A stretch of DNA of 64,000 nucleotides from Salisapilia sapeloensis CBS 127946 (taxonomy: Eukaryota; Protista; Oomycota), in the NCBI GenBank assembly GCA_023334545.1, contig JAADVB010000011.1, forward strand, positions 1 to 64,000. Direction: 5' to 3'. Under the pieces are notes generated by a model that saw only the letters and a program-made list of their open reading frames with translations, did no database searches and was not told the DNA's origin. A program made the position numbers and the translations under genes. Shown here piece after piece: positions 40,556-54,802 of the stretch (its first letter is position 1; each line of letters begins with the position of its first letter).

Positions 40556-43500
40556 ATGAGCAATCGTGGTAATAAAAAGGTAAGCTTTCTACTACCTCTA
40601 TAGATTTTACGCCTCAATTCGAAGTATCTTACCTATCTATCATCTTGTAGACGAAGAAGCATCAGGCTTCGCTTCAGTTCGTGCTGGATGAACTGGACAA
40701 ATATGAACGCGACGGACATTTTGAGCAGACGTCAGACTCGCCACAGCCAGATGTGACTGGAAAATCTCCTATCAAGTCTATGTCCAAGTCACCATCAAAG
40801 CAGACAAAAAGCGTAACGCCGACGAAACCTACTAAGCCATCGTCTCCAAAACGCAATGAGCAAGAGGTATCTCCTCGAAAGCAATCGTCTCCACAACGAA
40901 CCAACTCAAAGAACAAAGACCGAAGTCGTCGAACTGGAGCTACTCTGGCAATGTGGCTGGAATCCCAAGTGCCTCATCATTCCTTGGCACACTATAATCC
41001 AGCCGAAGGCACTTCGACACAATGTGACGAGCAAGGCTCCAGCCAACGTTTGTGTGGAAGCTTTTTACCTATCTGGTGCTTCGTCGACGAAGAAGTCACG
41101 TTAGAGGACTATTACAAGCATCTCTTATGCCATGGCCCTATCAAGGCCGCAGCTCTTCCTATGAACGAGTCGTCTGGGACTGTCGGTAAATGGGCAGCTT
41201 GTGTTGTTACGCACTACGAGTCGAAGCTACAGAGGTTCTTTGTGGCTTGGCGTGCTGGAAAACGTGTCGGCAATTCTCTCGTTCGTGGCGAATTTATCTG
41301 CTTGGAAGAGTTTGACCAGCAATTCGTTGTAGCTAGACTTTTCAGAGCAGTTGAACGTCGTAGAAATGCTGAAATGCTTTTAAGACAGACGTTATATGTG
41401 GATAATATGCCACTTGATACTGGAGTAGAGTTAGGTGCGGACAGCATCAGTCGAATTCTGCAGCTGGCACTCTTTTCCAACGGACCACTAAACCAATCTA
41501 CGACTTCCTTAGCTAGCCCAGAACATCGAGGCGCCTCTGTTTTGCTGGAGGAAGTGAATGCAGATTATATGAAAACTATGAACTCGCTCATACTGCAAAC
41601 AGCTCGAAAAGATGTCGAGCGCGCGTTTTATGACGTGGACTTGCCACGAAAAGCTGTATCACCGCCCCCACCAGAGTTGGGTGTCGTTGAACAACTAGAG
41701 TATAGCTACAATCATCGCTTCCTTTCCATTGCGAATGATGGCTTTTTAAATTTGCCTTTTGCTGTCAAAGCTCTGTCAGACGTACACATCGGATGTTTAG
41801 ACGCAGCAAAACAAGTGCTCCTGCTACATGATCGACCGACGGAGACTCCTGTAAAGGAACAGAAGGTGCGTGCGAAGAGTATTACCTTGGCCGAGTTTAA
41901 GACGATGCATACGCAACTTTTACAAGTGACGGCTAGATACATGCGCGATGGGTGGACTCGGTCCGTTGCGAAGAAGATTCAGAGTCGACTGACACAAGCG
42001 CAGCATGCTGAGTACAACGTTGGGGAGCCTCATCGACGCAACTACGTGCTCACTCCCCTTCGACTACTCTTGCAGAGAGTGAATTTCATGGTGGAAGAAA
42101 CGATGCGGAACCTAGTTCATGACAACTTTGAAGGCTACACGCATTTCCTAGAACGTGCAAGTGCATACGACGTACAAATTGAAAGTCCGTCGGCGTTTGA
42201 TGTTGCACGCCGACCTCTTCTAGCTCACGATCCGATGGAAGACATTCCTTTGTTTCGTGTTGAGATGATCATTTCGCCAGAAAAGAGAATTTTAAACAAG
42301 GAAGAGGTAGACGCTCGTGCGTCTGAGATCAAGGACTGGTATGCCCTGCACGGCGTCGATGGTAATCTCGACTGTCCGATTGAACCAGTGAGTCCTGATG
42401 AAGGTCTTCTATTTGAGTACAAGACGAGCCCGTCCGAGTTTCAAGAGACTCTTTGCGCCCAGTTTGACATTATTTTACAACGATTAAAGGGCGTAGAACT
42501 CGTCGAACGTCTAGTCATGGATCGAATCTTCTGGCCCAACCAAGATTGCATTGCCATCTTTACATCTGGAAAAGATCTGGCCTTGGGCTTTCGTGAGCGT
42601 GTTCATACTGCTGTAACTGATGCCATACGTCCATTGGAAACGTACTTGGTTCAGATGGAAGAGCACTTGCCTCTATTGAACATGGATATTGCTGAATACA
42701 TGGCACGAACGTTGCAGTCGACATCTGAAGAAGAAGAAGAAGAAGCTCCTGCCAAGGATGGAAGTGGCGAAGGCAATGAGGATGAACAAGTGGATATTCC
42801 TGCACCAACGCCACCTATCGCTTTATCAGAACTGCACCGCTTGTTGACGTACCATTCGAAAGAGGAAAATCGTATCCTAGAGACCATCCCTCGTACTAAT
42901 GTTGACCTCGGTCTCTTTCGAGTCGAAATGTCCAATATCTGTAGTGTCCTCGTGAAGAAACATCGAGATGCATTGGACAAACTGCTAGAGGCACAGGCAG
43001 AGTACTGTTATCGCGTCGCATCACGTCTCATGCAGTTGTTTGAAAGTATCCATTCGAAGCTAGAGTCGATACCAAAGGACATTGAGAGTCTCACAGCCTT
43101 GCAAGAGTATGTTAGTAACCTCCCAACGCTCTTGCAACCACTTCAAGACGAAATTAATCAAATGCATCGAGATAATGATGTGCTGAATGACTTTCACTAC
43201 CGTCTTAGCGACGATCACTTGCAACTAACGTGGAACATCCAAGGATGGCCTCAACGAATTCTACGTGAAAGAGATCATTATAAAACGACGTTGGAAGAAC
43301 GAAAAGTGCGGTTTGCCAAGCAAATGACGTCCGAGCAAGAGAGATTTGCAAAGACGCTTTTGAGTTTATCGGAAGAAATTAACAGTTTCGTCAAGTACGA
43401 TAACTTGGCGCTCGTGGAAGACGTCGCGCAACATGCCGTCACCGTTCAGAAGAAGCTGGAACAAGCACAGCAAGATGCGATGCTATTTAATAGTCGCGAA

Positions 43501-46500
43501 GCATTGTTTGGTAAAGAAGTAACGTCATACGATCTGCTGGCGACTGCAAAGAAGAACTTTGAGCCATACAACTTGCTTTGGTCGACTGCACACAACTGGA
43601 TTGAGAGTCGAAAAGCGTGGGTTCAAGGTAGCTTTAGCGACATTGATGCAGAGGAAATGGAAAAGCTCGTCGACAATTACAGCACATCTATTCAAAAGGC
43701 GAGCAAGTTCTTTAGTAATAATGGCAATGAGGCATGTGTCAAGATAGCTGAGACTATCAAGGAACAGATCTCTGTCTTTAAGCCATACGTGCCTTTAATC
43801 ATGGCGTTGCGCAACCCAGGGATGCGCCAGCGACATTGGGAAGAACTTAGTCAGATCCTTGGCTTTCCATTGGAGATCAATGAGACGTTTACGTTGTCTA
43901 ATGTCTTTGAACTAAAGCTCCTGGATCGTATTGATGACATTGTCCGGATTGCTGAAGCTGCTGGAAAAGAGTATCAAGTAGAACATGCTCTGGCGAATAT
44001 GAAGCAGGGATGGGAGAATATCTATCTACAGATCGTACCGTATAGGGAGACTGGTACGTACGTCATTAAAGGTGTGGATGAAATACAAGCAGTCTTAGAT
44101 GAACATGTGACGATGACACAAGCGATGATGTTCTCTGCATTCAAAGGACCGTTCGAACAAGATATCATGGACTGGAACGCCACGTTGCAGCTAGTGTCCG
44201 AGATTTTAGAGGAATGGCTGGCTGTCCAACGCAACTGGTTGTATCTACAACCTATCTTTGAATCACCTGACATTAGTAAGCAACTACCAACGGAAGGAAA
44301 GCGGTTCACAGCGGTGGATAAGAATTGGAGACAGACATTAGCATCGGCAAAGGCGAAACCGAAGTGTATTGAGTTTTGTAAGAATCCAAAACTGCTTGAA
44401 AAGTTCCGCGAGTCGAATCATTTACTGGATCTAGTCCAGAAAGGTTTAAGCGATTATTTGGAGGTCAAACGCTCGTCCTTTGCACGCTTCTACTTCCTCT
44501 CGAATGACGAACTGCTGTCGATATTGTCCGAGTCCAAGGACGTAAAACTCGTACAGCCACATTTGAAGAAATGCTTTGAAGGTATTGTCCAGGTCACGTT
44601 TGAAGAGGATTTGCAGATTAGTGCAATGATATCAGCCGAAGGAGAGAAAGTAGATTTCGTTACAATGGTAGATCCGAATGGGAAGAACGTCGAGCACTGG
44701 ATGTCCGAGGTAGAGGAGATGATGAAGGTGTCTGTTCGCGACGCGATGGAAAGAGCTATTATTGATTATACGTGTATCGATCGAACGCTTTGGATTCAAA
44801 AGTGGCCAGGTATGTGTGTTTTAAACGGAAGTCAGATGCATTGGACACGCGAGATGGAAGAAGCCATGGACGCAGAAGGTCGAGCGGGTGTTCAACGAAT
44901 GATGGATAGACAGCTCGGTCAGCTCGCGGATATGGTCACTCTTGTTCGAGGAAACCTAGACAATATGGCCCGTATCACTTGTGGTGCACTTACCGTTATC
45001 GACGTCCACGCGCGTGACGTTACGAGAAAGCTCGTTGCGCAGAATGTTGACTCTAAAGGAGACTTTTTATGGAGTTCACAGCTCAAGTATTATTGGGAAA
45101 AGGACTTATGGGTGCAAGCAGTGACATCGAGAAGGCCTTACGGCTACGAGTACCTAGGCAACTCGTTCCGTCTCGTCATCACACCACTCACGGACAAGTG
45201 TTATCTAACCCTCATGGGTGCGCTACAAATGATCCTCGGTGGTGCACCGGCCGGTCCTGCCGGAACAGGCAAAACGGAGACGACGAAAGATCTAGCCAAG
45301 GCACTAGCTAAGCAATGTGTAGTATTTAATTGCTCGGACGGGTTGGATTATATCGCCATGGGCAAATTCTTCAAAGGTCTAGCGTCTTGTGGTGCTTGGG
45401 CCTGCTTCGATGAGTTCAATCGAATTGATATTGAAGTGCTGTCTGTCGTCGGTCAGCAGGTGATTACCCTGCAGCTAGGTATTCGTCGTGGAGATACGAG
45501 GATTGTGTTTGAAGGATCGGATATTAAGTTGAGCGATCAGTTCGGTGTTTTCATTACGATGAATCCAGGATACGCTGGACGTAGTGAGCTTCCTGATTCT
45601 CTAGCTGCACTTTTTCGACCGGTAGCAATGATGGTGCCGGATTATGCTCTTATCGGAGAGATCATGTTCTTCGCGTATGGATTTTCAGACGCACGAGCGC
45701 TTGGAGCGAAGATGGTGACGACGTTCAAACTTTGTTCGGAGCAACTGTCGTCTCAATCGCACTATGACTACGGCATGCGTGCAGTCAAGACTGTCATCAC
45801 GGCGGCTGGCAACTTGAAGCGAGACGACCCGGATATGGACGAGGATGTGCTATTGCTGCGAGCGTTGCAAGATGTAAACTTGCCCAAGTTCCTTGCACAT
45901 GACATCCCACTCTTTAATGGCATTATCAGTGATCTCTTCCCCGGAAAGAAGCGACCGAACATTGACCTTGGAGCACTCATTAGTGTCATCAAGTTAAAGA
46001 CGCACCATCACAACTTGCAGCCAGTGCCGTACTTCTTGACGAAGTGCATTCAACTATACGAGACTATCGTCGTCCGTCACGGCCTCATGGTCGTTGGAGC
46101 AACTGGCGGAGGCAAGTCGTGCAATATTCGAGTGCTTGCGGATGCGTTAACGGAACTAAAGAATCGAGGTGAAACTGGTTTCGCATTTGAAAACGTGAGA
46201 CAGTATCAGCTAAATCCAAAATCCATTACCATGGGTCAACTCTACGGTGAATTCGATCCAAATACTCACGAGTGGCGTGATGGCATCCTCTCAACGCTTT
46301 ATCGAGCAGCTGCTAGCGACGTATCTCCAGATCGCAAATGGATCATCTTTGATGGTCCTGTCGATGCCATTTGGATTGAAAATATGAACACCGTGCTGGA
46401 TGACAACAAGAAGCTTTGTCTGAACAGTGGAGAGATGCTCCAGATGTCGCATCAAATGACCATGATGTTCGAGGTCGAAGATCTGTCTGTTGCGTCTCCT

Positions 46501-49500
46501 GCTACCGTTAGCCGGACAGGTATGGTGTACATGGAGCCAAGTACACTTGGTATGGCGCCACTTGTCGACTCTTGGTTGGAGCGTTTGCCTTCATCGGTAG
46601 TTCCGTATGCGTCAGATTTCCTTCGGTTATTCGACATATACCTCTACTCGTCCATGTCCTTCCTCCGCTCTTTTATGTCTGAGCTGGTACCTACACTTGA
46701 TAATAGCCTTGCTATCAGCCTCATGAACATCCTCGATTGCTACATTAACCCGTACAAGACAAGTGAAGGTGAATCAAAACCGCTGGAACCGCATTTCAAG
46801 AAAGATATTGAACCAATCTTTCTCTTTTCCCTCATTTGGTCTGTTGGTGCCACGACGAATGACCTTGGACGTATCAAGTTTGATGCGTTCCTGCGGTCAG
46901 AGATGGTAGCGAATGACTTTCGTCCACGCATGCCAAAGGAAGGACTTGTGTACGACTACAGCTACTCTTTGAAAGAACATAAATGGCTACCGTGGATGCA
47001 GACGATTGACACATACAAGATCCCCGCAAACTCGTCCTTTGCTGATATTGTCGTGCCAACAGCAGACTCGGTCAGAAATACCTTTTTGCTTGATTCTTTA
47101 ATGCATAACGAAAAGCATGTACTCATGGTCGGAGGAACGGGTACTGGAAAGACAGTCAATATCTCCCGATACCTCATGTCGTTACCAGTTGACGCAGTTA
47201 TCCCAGTGCCGATCGCGTTTTCAGCTCAAACGTCCGTCAACCAGACGCAAGACTTGCTGGATGCCAAGATGGAGAAGCGTCGGAAAGGCATCTATGGACC
47301 ACCTGCGGGAAAGAAATACTATATCTACGTTGACGACTTAAATATGCCCAAGAGGGAAAAGTACTTCGCCCAGCCGCCACTGGAGCTCATTCGGCAATGG
47401 TTTGACCAAGGCGGTTGGTACGACCGAAAGCTTCTCGTCTTCCGTAGCATCATTGACATACTATTTGTGGCATCCATGGGTCCACCTGGAGGGGGCCGAA
47501 ATCCAATCACACCTCGCTTGGTCCGGCACTTTAACTTGATAGGGTATGCTGAACTTGGAGATGACAGCAAGCGCATCATATTCAGCACAATACTTGGAAA
47601 CTTCCTGTCTTCGTTCCCAGCTGAAGTCAGTAAACTGACGGACGCTGTCGTCGACGCTTCCATCGACGTCTACAATACGATCTGTCGTGAACTATTGCCG
47701 ACACCGACGAAATCGCATTACACTTTCAACTTGCGCGATTTAGCAAAAATCTTTCAAGGTGTATTGATGGGGGACAATCGTAAAATCTCCCAAGCATCTG
47801 GGCTTGTACGCCTTTGGATTCATGAATGCAAACGTGTGTTTGAAGATCGAATGGTTTGTGCTGAAGATCATGAATGGTTCGAGTCGTTGATGCGCAAATC
47901 CGTGCATGACTTCTTTAGCAGTGACTTTGACGCCGTCGTCACGAATAAATATCTCATCTATGCAGACTACTTGGTTCCTGGGGCAGATCCAAAGGTCTAC
48001 GAAGAGGTGGTGGAAGTGGACAAGGTTCAAGGTATCGTTGAAGAGTACTTATTCGACCACAACGCCGAGAGCAAGACACCCATGCCGCTTGTGCTCTTCA
48101 TGGACGCTGTAGAACACGTGTCGCGTATATCCCGTATCATCCGTCAACCAATGGGAAACGCACTCTTACTCGGTGTGGGTGGAAGTGGTCGACAAAGTTT
48201 GACTAAATTGGCCACGTACATGGCCGGATACAAATGCTTTCAAGTGGAAATCGTAAAAGGTTATGGCATGCATGAATGGAGAGATGACGTTAAGAAGTGT
48301 TTGCTACTGGCTGGTGCAAAGGACACTCAAGTCGTCTTCCTCTTCTCTGACGTACAGATTGTAAATGAAACAATGCTAGAAGACTTAAATGGTATATTGA
48401 ACTCTGGTAATGTGCCCAACTTGTACGCTGCGGAAGATCTAGACCTCATTATGACATCATGCCGCATTGAATGCCAGAAGAAGCAGATTCCTCCAACAAA
48501 GACAAACATCTTCCAGCAGTACATCTACCGTGTACGTCGCAACATTCACCTTGTTATATGCATGAGTCCTATCGGTGGATTGTTCCGAGACCGACTGCGA
48601 ATGTTTCCGTCACTTGTGAACTGCTGTACGATCGACTGGTTTAGTGAATGGCCAGCAGAGGCTTTAAACTCTGTCGCGACTGCGATATTAAATGACGGGA
48701 ATTTGAATCTTGGCGACAGTCTCCCTCCTCTCGTCGAAGCGTTCAAAGTCATCCACCAAAGTGTGGAGGAAGCCTCGAAACAGTTTTACAACGTCTTGCG
48801 TCGCTACTTTTACGTCACGCCAACGAGCTATCTGGAGTTACTGTCGACATTTAAATCTGTTCTTGTCATGAAACGCGAAGAAGTGGACACCATGCGCAAG
48901 CGGCTGCAAAACGGAGTGGATAAACTATCCGACACCAAGTCCATCGTGGCTACAATGCAGCAAGAACTAGTAGAGCTACAACCTGTACTCGCTCAAACTC
49001 AGACTGAGGTCGAAGCGATGATGGTGCAGATCACTAAAGACAGTGCTGAAGCGGATGTAACCAAAGCGATGGTCGAGAAGGAGGAGAAAGCAGCAAGTGA
49101 GAAGGCGAATGCAACAAAGGAAATCGCTGACTCGGCTCAACGCGATCTAGATGCCGCTTTACCAGCACTCGATGCCGCGTTGGAATGCCTAAACAAGCTG
49201 AAGAAGTCGGATATTGACGAAGTGAAGGCTTTGAAAACTCCGCCGGCTGGTGTGAAGCTTACGATGGAGGTCGTGTGCATCCTCTTTGGGCAGAAACCAG
49301 TGCAAAAGCCGGATCCGGAACGTGCAGGTAAGAAGATTAATGACTACTGGGAAGTAGCTCAGAAAGTCGTCTTGTCCAATGCGAACAAGTTTATGGAGAG
49401 TCTGCTTGTCTTTGACAAGGATAACATACCAGACACGATTATCACCAAAGTGGGTCCGTACATGGATGATCCGAACTTTACACCTGACGCGATTGAGAAA

Positions 49501-52500
49501 TCTTCCAAAGCTTGTACAGCTATTTGCATGTGGGCACGAGCCATGCACACGTACCACTTTGTTGCTAAGGCTGTAGAACCGAAGAAACAGGCACTAGCAG
49601 AAGCACAAACCGAGTTGGATGCTACATTATCTGTGCTTCAGACAGCTCAGGACAGTTTGAAGCAAGTAACAGATCGTCTAGGAGAGCTAGAGGCGTCATA
49701 TACCAATGCTGTGAACAAAAAAGAAGAGCTTGCAGCTAAAGTGATTCAGTGTCAGGTGCAGCTACAGAACGCGGAGAAGCTTATCGGTGGCTTGGGAGGC
49801 GAAGAAGCGAGATGGAAGGAAACGGTTGCTCAACTGCAGCAAGATTATGCGAATTTGACAGGAGATGTACTTGTGTCCGCTGGTACTATCAGTTATCTAG
49901 GTGCATTTACGTCCGAATTCCGAGAAACGTTAGTCAATTCCTGGCACGAAGCGCTTGTGAAGCACAACGTGCCTCACTCACCTGGATGTGATATCATCCG
50001 GACATTGCAAGACCCGGTTAAGCTACGTGCATGGCAAATCGCTGGACTACCGACAGATACTGTATCGACGCAAAACGGAATTATCATGTCCAAAGCTCGA
50101 CGTTGGCCGCTGCTCATTGACCCCCAGGGTCAAGCGAATCGATTTGTAAAGACGCTGGGCAAAGACAAATTACTATGTGAGAATGGAATGGATGTCGTGA
50201 AGCAATCAGACCGCAATTTCCTTCGAAACCTAGAAAATGGCATTCGATTCGGCAAGTGGGTTTTGCTTGAGAACGTCGGAGAGGAACTGGATGCTGCGTT
50301 GGAACCTGTCTTATTGCAGCAAAAGTTCAAGCAAGGAGGACAAGACATGATACGACTGGGTGAAAACACAATCCCGTATAATGACAGCTTCAGTTTCTAC
50401 ATGACGACGAAACTAGCGAATCCGCACTATGCTCCTGAAGTGTGTGTGAAAGTGAGTCTGCTTAATTTTACCATCACGAGCAAAGGTTTGGAAGAGCAGC
50501 TACTAGGTACTGTTGTATTAAAAGAGATGCCGAGTTTGGCGGCGAAGAAGAGTGAACTCGTGGTGTCGAATGCCGAGGGAAAACGACAGCTATATGAAAT
50601 TGAAAATCAGATCCTGTACTTGCTCTCGCATTCCGAAGGCAATATCCTGGACGACACGAATCTCATTGAGACGCTTGCAACTGCCAAACAGACTTCTGCG
50701 GTGGTCATGGCGAAAATGAAAGAAGCGGAAGAAACCGAAAAGGAAATCGATGCGAGAAGCGAAGGGTATCGCCCTGTCGCATATCGAGCCGCACTACTTT
50801 TTTTCTGTATTGCCGATTTGGCTTACGTGGATCCGATGTACCAATACTCATTGCCGTGGTTCACCAACCTGTTCATTCGTGGTATCCAGTCCGCCACGCC
50901 ATCTAACGAACTCGAGACACGACTGACGAATTTGAATGAGTACTTTACGTACTCTGTCTACAAGAACGTCTGCCGGTCTTTGTTTGAAAAGCACAAGCTA
51001 CTCTTTTCCTTCTTGCTGTTGATTAAAATCATGCAAGGGAATGAAGAGGTGGATCCGGACGAGTGGCGCTTCCTTATTTCAGGTATCTCTAGCGCTGGAG
51101 CGGTGCAAGCAGAGAACCCTGCTACTTCATGGTTAGAAACGCACGCTTGGAACGAATTTTGCGCGCTCGCGACCTTCCCAACATTCTCAACCTTACCAAG
51201 CGAATTCGCTGTGCATACCGCTGCTTTCCGAAAGATATTTGATTCCACTGAGCCTGAGAATTGTCCGATTCCGGGTCCTTTGAATAATACTTTGGATGAT
51301 TTCCAAAAGCTTTGTATACTACGTGCTTTGCGACCGGACAAGATGATGCATGGAATTCAGAATCTGGTATCTCTTAAACTTGGAAAGGAGTTTATTGAAC
51401 CTCCACCTTTTGACCTAGCGAACACGTTCGACGATGCAACTGCCACGACACCACTTATCTTCGTTCTATCGCAAGGTTCAGACCCTGCGAAAGACTTGCA
51501 TGAATTCGCTGTGGCAACGAGCATGGACAAAAAACTCAAGTCGATTGCACTTGGACAAGGCCAAGGACAGATTGCTGCTCGGATGATTGAAAGCGCAACA
51601 TCAACTGGAGAATGGGTGCTCTTGCAAAATTGTCATCTAGCATTGAGTTGGATGCCAGAGCTAGAACGTATTTGCGAAGAACTTGATCCAAGTAAAGTGA
51701 ATGCTTCCTTTAGATTGTGGCTTACCAGTATGCCTACGCAAGCGTTCCCAGCATCAGTGCTTCAGAACGGTGTGAAAATGACCAAGGAAGCTCCGAAAGG
51801 ATTAAGAGCCAACCTCAAGAACACGTACTACAAGCTCAACAACGATAAGCTGAATGTCACGAACAAGCCGGACGTGTTCAGAAGGCTCATCTTTGGTCTT
51901 TGCTTCTATCATGCCATCGTGTGTGAACGAAAGCGCTTCGGTGCGCTCGGCTGGAACATTCCGTATCAGTTCAACGAGACTGATCTGGACATTAGTGTGG
52001 CTCAGTTAGAGCTTTTCTTGGACACGTACGAACACATTCCGTTTGATGTGTTGCAAGTGATGACATCCACTATCAACTACGGAGGACGTATTACTGATGA
52101 TAAGGATATGCGGACATCCGACGTTATTCTCATGACTTTCTTTAAAGAAGCAGCTCTTCAGGACGGCTACCGCTTCTCCCGTAGTGGTGTGTACTACTCC
52201 CCGGCACCCGACCCAGACAATCCTTACAAGACGTACGTCGATTATATCAGCTCTCTTCCGATTAATCCCGAGCCAGAGGTCTTCGGCATGCACGAAAACG
52301 CAAATATCACTTGTGCACAGGCAGAAACGTACGAAGTGTTTGACATCATCTTGTCGTTACAACCACGGGTGAGCTCTGGTGCAGGCAAGTCTCGAGAGGA
52401 AACGATCGCTGAAGCAGCTCACTCGATCGAGTCGAAGTTACCACTGCCGTTCGACTTGGAACATGTCCAAGCAACATATCCAGTTTCATACTCGGAATCG

Positions 52501-53298
52501 ATGAACACTGTCCTTGCGCAGGAAGTGGAGCGCTTTAACAAACTACTGGACGTCATGTCATCTACGTTGGCACTTTTACAGCAAGGTTTAAAAGGATTCG
52601 TCGTCCTATCTGCGGAGTTGGAAGCGATGGGAAATGCGCTTTACGATCAAAAAGTGCCTGCCATTTGGGAAGCCAAGGCGTATCCTTCGTTGAAACCACT
52701 AGGTCCGTGGGTGAAAGACTTACTGGATCGACTGGACTTTGTGCGTAAATGGATTGATCACGGCATTCCTATCGTCTTCTGGATCTCTGGATTCTTCTTT
52801 CCACAAGGATTTATGACTGGTACAATTCAGAACCATGCTCGCAAGTATAAATTGCCTATTGACAGCCTCTCGTTCCAGTTCATTATGGTGAGCAAAGAGT
52901 ACACGGAGCTGCATGAAAAGCCAGAGGATGGGTGCTACGTACATGGATTGTTCTTGGAAGGCGCAAGGTGGAATCCGAAAGTGGAGTCACTTGACGATCC
53001 ATTGCCACGCGAACTGTTTGCTCGCATGCCAGTAATGCATTTACTTCCTCAGCCGAATCGTGAGTCTCCACAAGGTGGCATCTATCGATGTCCAGTGTAT
53101 AAAATTCTGACGAGAACAGGAACATTATCAACCACCGGTCATTCCACCAACTTTGTCATGTGGATTGAGATTCCTGCCAAGAAGAAAACGATATGGCGAA
53201 ATGCACTTGTCTCTGAGACGAATGCTCAAGTGCTACTTTGTGACCAAGAATACTGGATTAAGGCTGGAGTTGCCTGCTTCTGTGCCTTGCGCTATTAA
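40556..53298 (+). CDS. DNAH1: Axonemal inner-arm dynein heavy chain, DNAH1-like, about 4223 aa
   Basis: Probable exon 1 is 40556-40579, then a 71-nt intron (GTAAGC...TTGTAG) and a single exon 40651-53298. P-loops GPAGTGKT, GATGGGKS, GGTGTGKT, GVGGSGRQS; the N-terminal LPIWCF..LYVDNMP resembles DNAH1; C-terminus WIKAGVACFCALRY. The start codon is uncertain. Confidence 0.93.
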
Positions 53299-53384
53299 AA
53301 ATACACTAAACACAATTATAAACATAGATTTTTTATACATCAAAGGTTGGTGTGCTCTAAGCAAATAGATGTAGTCTTGTTTTT

Positions 53385-54078
53385 TTATAAGAGCATGTCA
53401 ACAAAAAAGATTGCGTTCGCGTACTCGTCTACCAGCGTCACTAGCACACCAAGGAAGTCGCTGGCTCGTACTAATGTACACACATCATAAGCGAAAGTAA
53501 TCGCATCAGACAAGATGTTTATGCATGCAGCCGAGGCAGTTGCGACAACGTAGTATGGAGTCATGGCCGCAATCACCACAAAGAAGAGCGACAGGAGTAC
53601 TAATCCAAATCCAGGTGGGATATAGATTGTTACTACTAGTTGATTCATAAAATCGCCAAGTCGACATGCAAGTGACCGGTCGTTGCTGTACATAGATGAA
53701 TGACAGATTGATTCTTCTGGCCATGTTAGCTTCTCGCATGTAGCCACTTGCTTCGTTGTGGATTGAAATTGCTCCTGAACTAACTGTTGCAGCAGCAAAT
53801 TCACACAGAGATCGTGTAGAGCTGGAACTATTGTAAAGTGTCGGCACAGCGGACATTGCAGCCTTTTGTCGTGATACATGTGAGGTGTCTTGACAGCCAT
53901 AGAGCCTAGGCATCCACGATCGAAGTTGTGCCTATTGAACAGCGTCATAATTCTTTTCTGAACAATCGGTACACTCGTAAAGGTATGTCATAGGATCTAT
54001 GGTGTACCCGCATGAAAGTGTTGTTGGGAACGCTAGTGTGTCGAGACATATCGCGCATGTAGCTTCAGTCAGTCCCAT
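53385..54078 (-). CDS. Small RING-finger E3 ligase with C-terminal hydrophobic segments, 2 exons, 205 aa
   Basis: Exons 54078-54008 and 53931-53385 (76-nt intron) give CAICLDTLAFPTTLSCG|HNFDRGCL...QCPLCR. TM-like segment PPGFGLVLLSLFFVVIAAM. Confidence 0.85.
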
Positions 54079-54802
54079 GGATTCTACCCGGAGAATAACG
54101 GCTTTGGTACAAGAATATAAATACTTTCGGTGTTCAATTGACAAGGGATGCCACATATATACTGAAGTTACATCTATCTGTATGCTTTCATAGGGTATCT
54201 ACTTCAAAATCTAAAGCGTCTACAACGTTGATGAGTACAGATAGCGGTAGCGCAAAAGATCTGCTGCTTCAGAGTTTTTATTTGACTTCCTCCTCCACTT
54301 AAAAGTCCTACTTCCTAGAAATCTCGCTTTCGAGTAAGAATAAAGAAATGGACCTGAGTACTCTGGTGAGCACGAACCAAACAGACACGCCAAACTATGT
54401 ATTAATTTGCCCGCTTGGGCCTTTTGCGCTACCAATATAACTAACTTTAGCAGTGAAGACTTCTCACATCTGCACACCGGAGCGGTTGCAACAGCATACT
54501 AAGCTAATTTGTCCTAAGTTGCTACAAGTGACGAAGGATCAAATTTACAATGCTTCGCATCATAAAACTGAAGGCTCCAAACTCTTCATCGTCTTCACTT
54601 TCGTTTAAATTCAAATCGTATCGTTTTGATATGCAATTGCTGGCAAATACTCCGATAAATCAACGTTCATTAACCTCGGGGCATACTCTACTAGGTGACT
54701 TGCCTCCGACAAGCTCTTTGTCTGCTGGGTTACCATTTACAAAGGCCCATGACATATTCGATCAAGTTCGATTAGTATCTGCTAGTAGAATCAGATCTGC
54801 CG

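Noticed and set aside
54220-54477. 85-aa minus-strand ORF in the RING/orphan intergenic region
   Set aside because: It starts at GTG, has no ATG and no recognisable motif.
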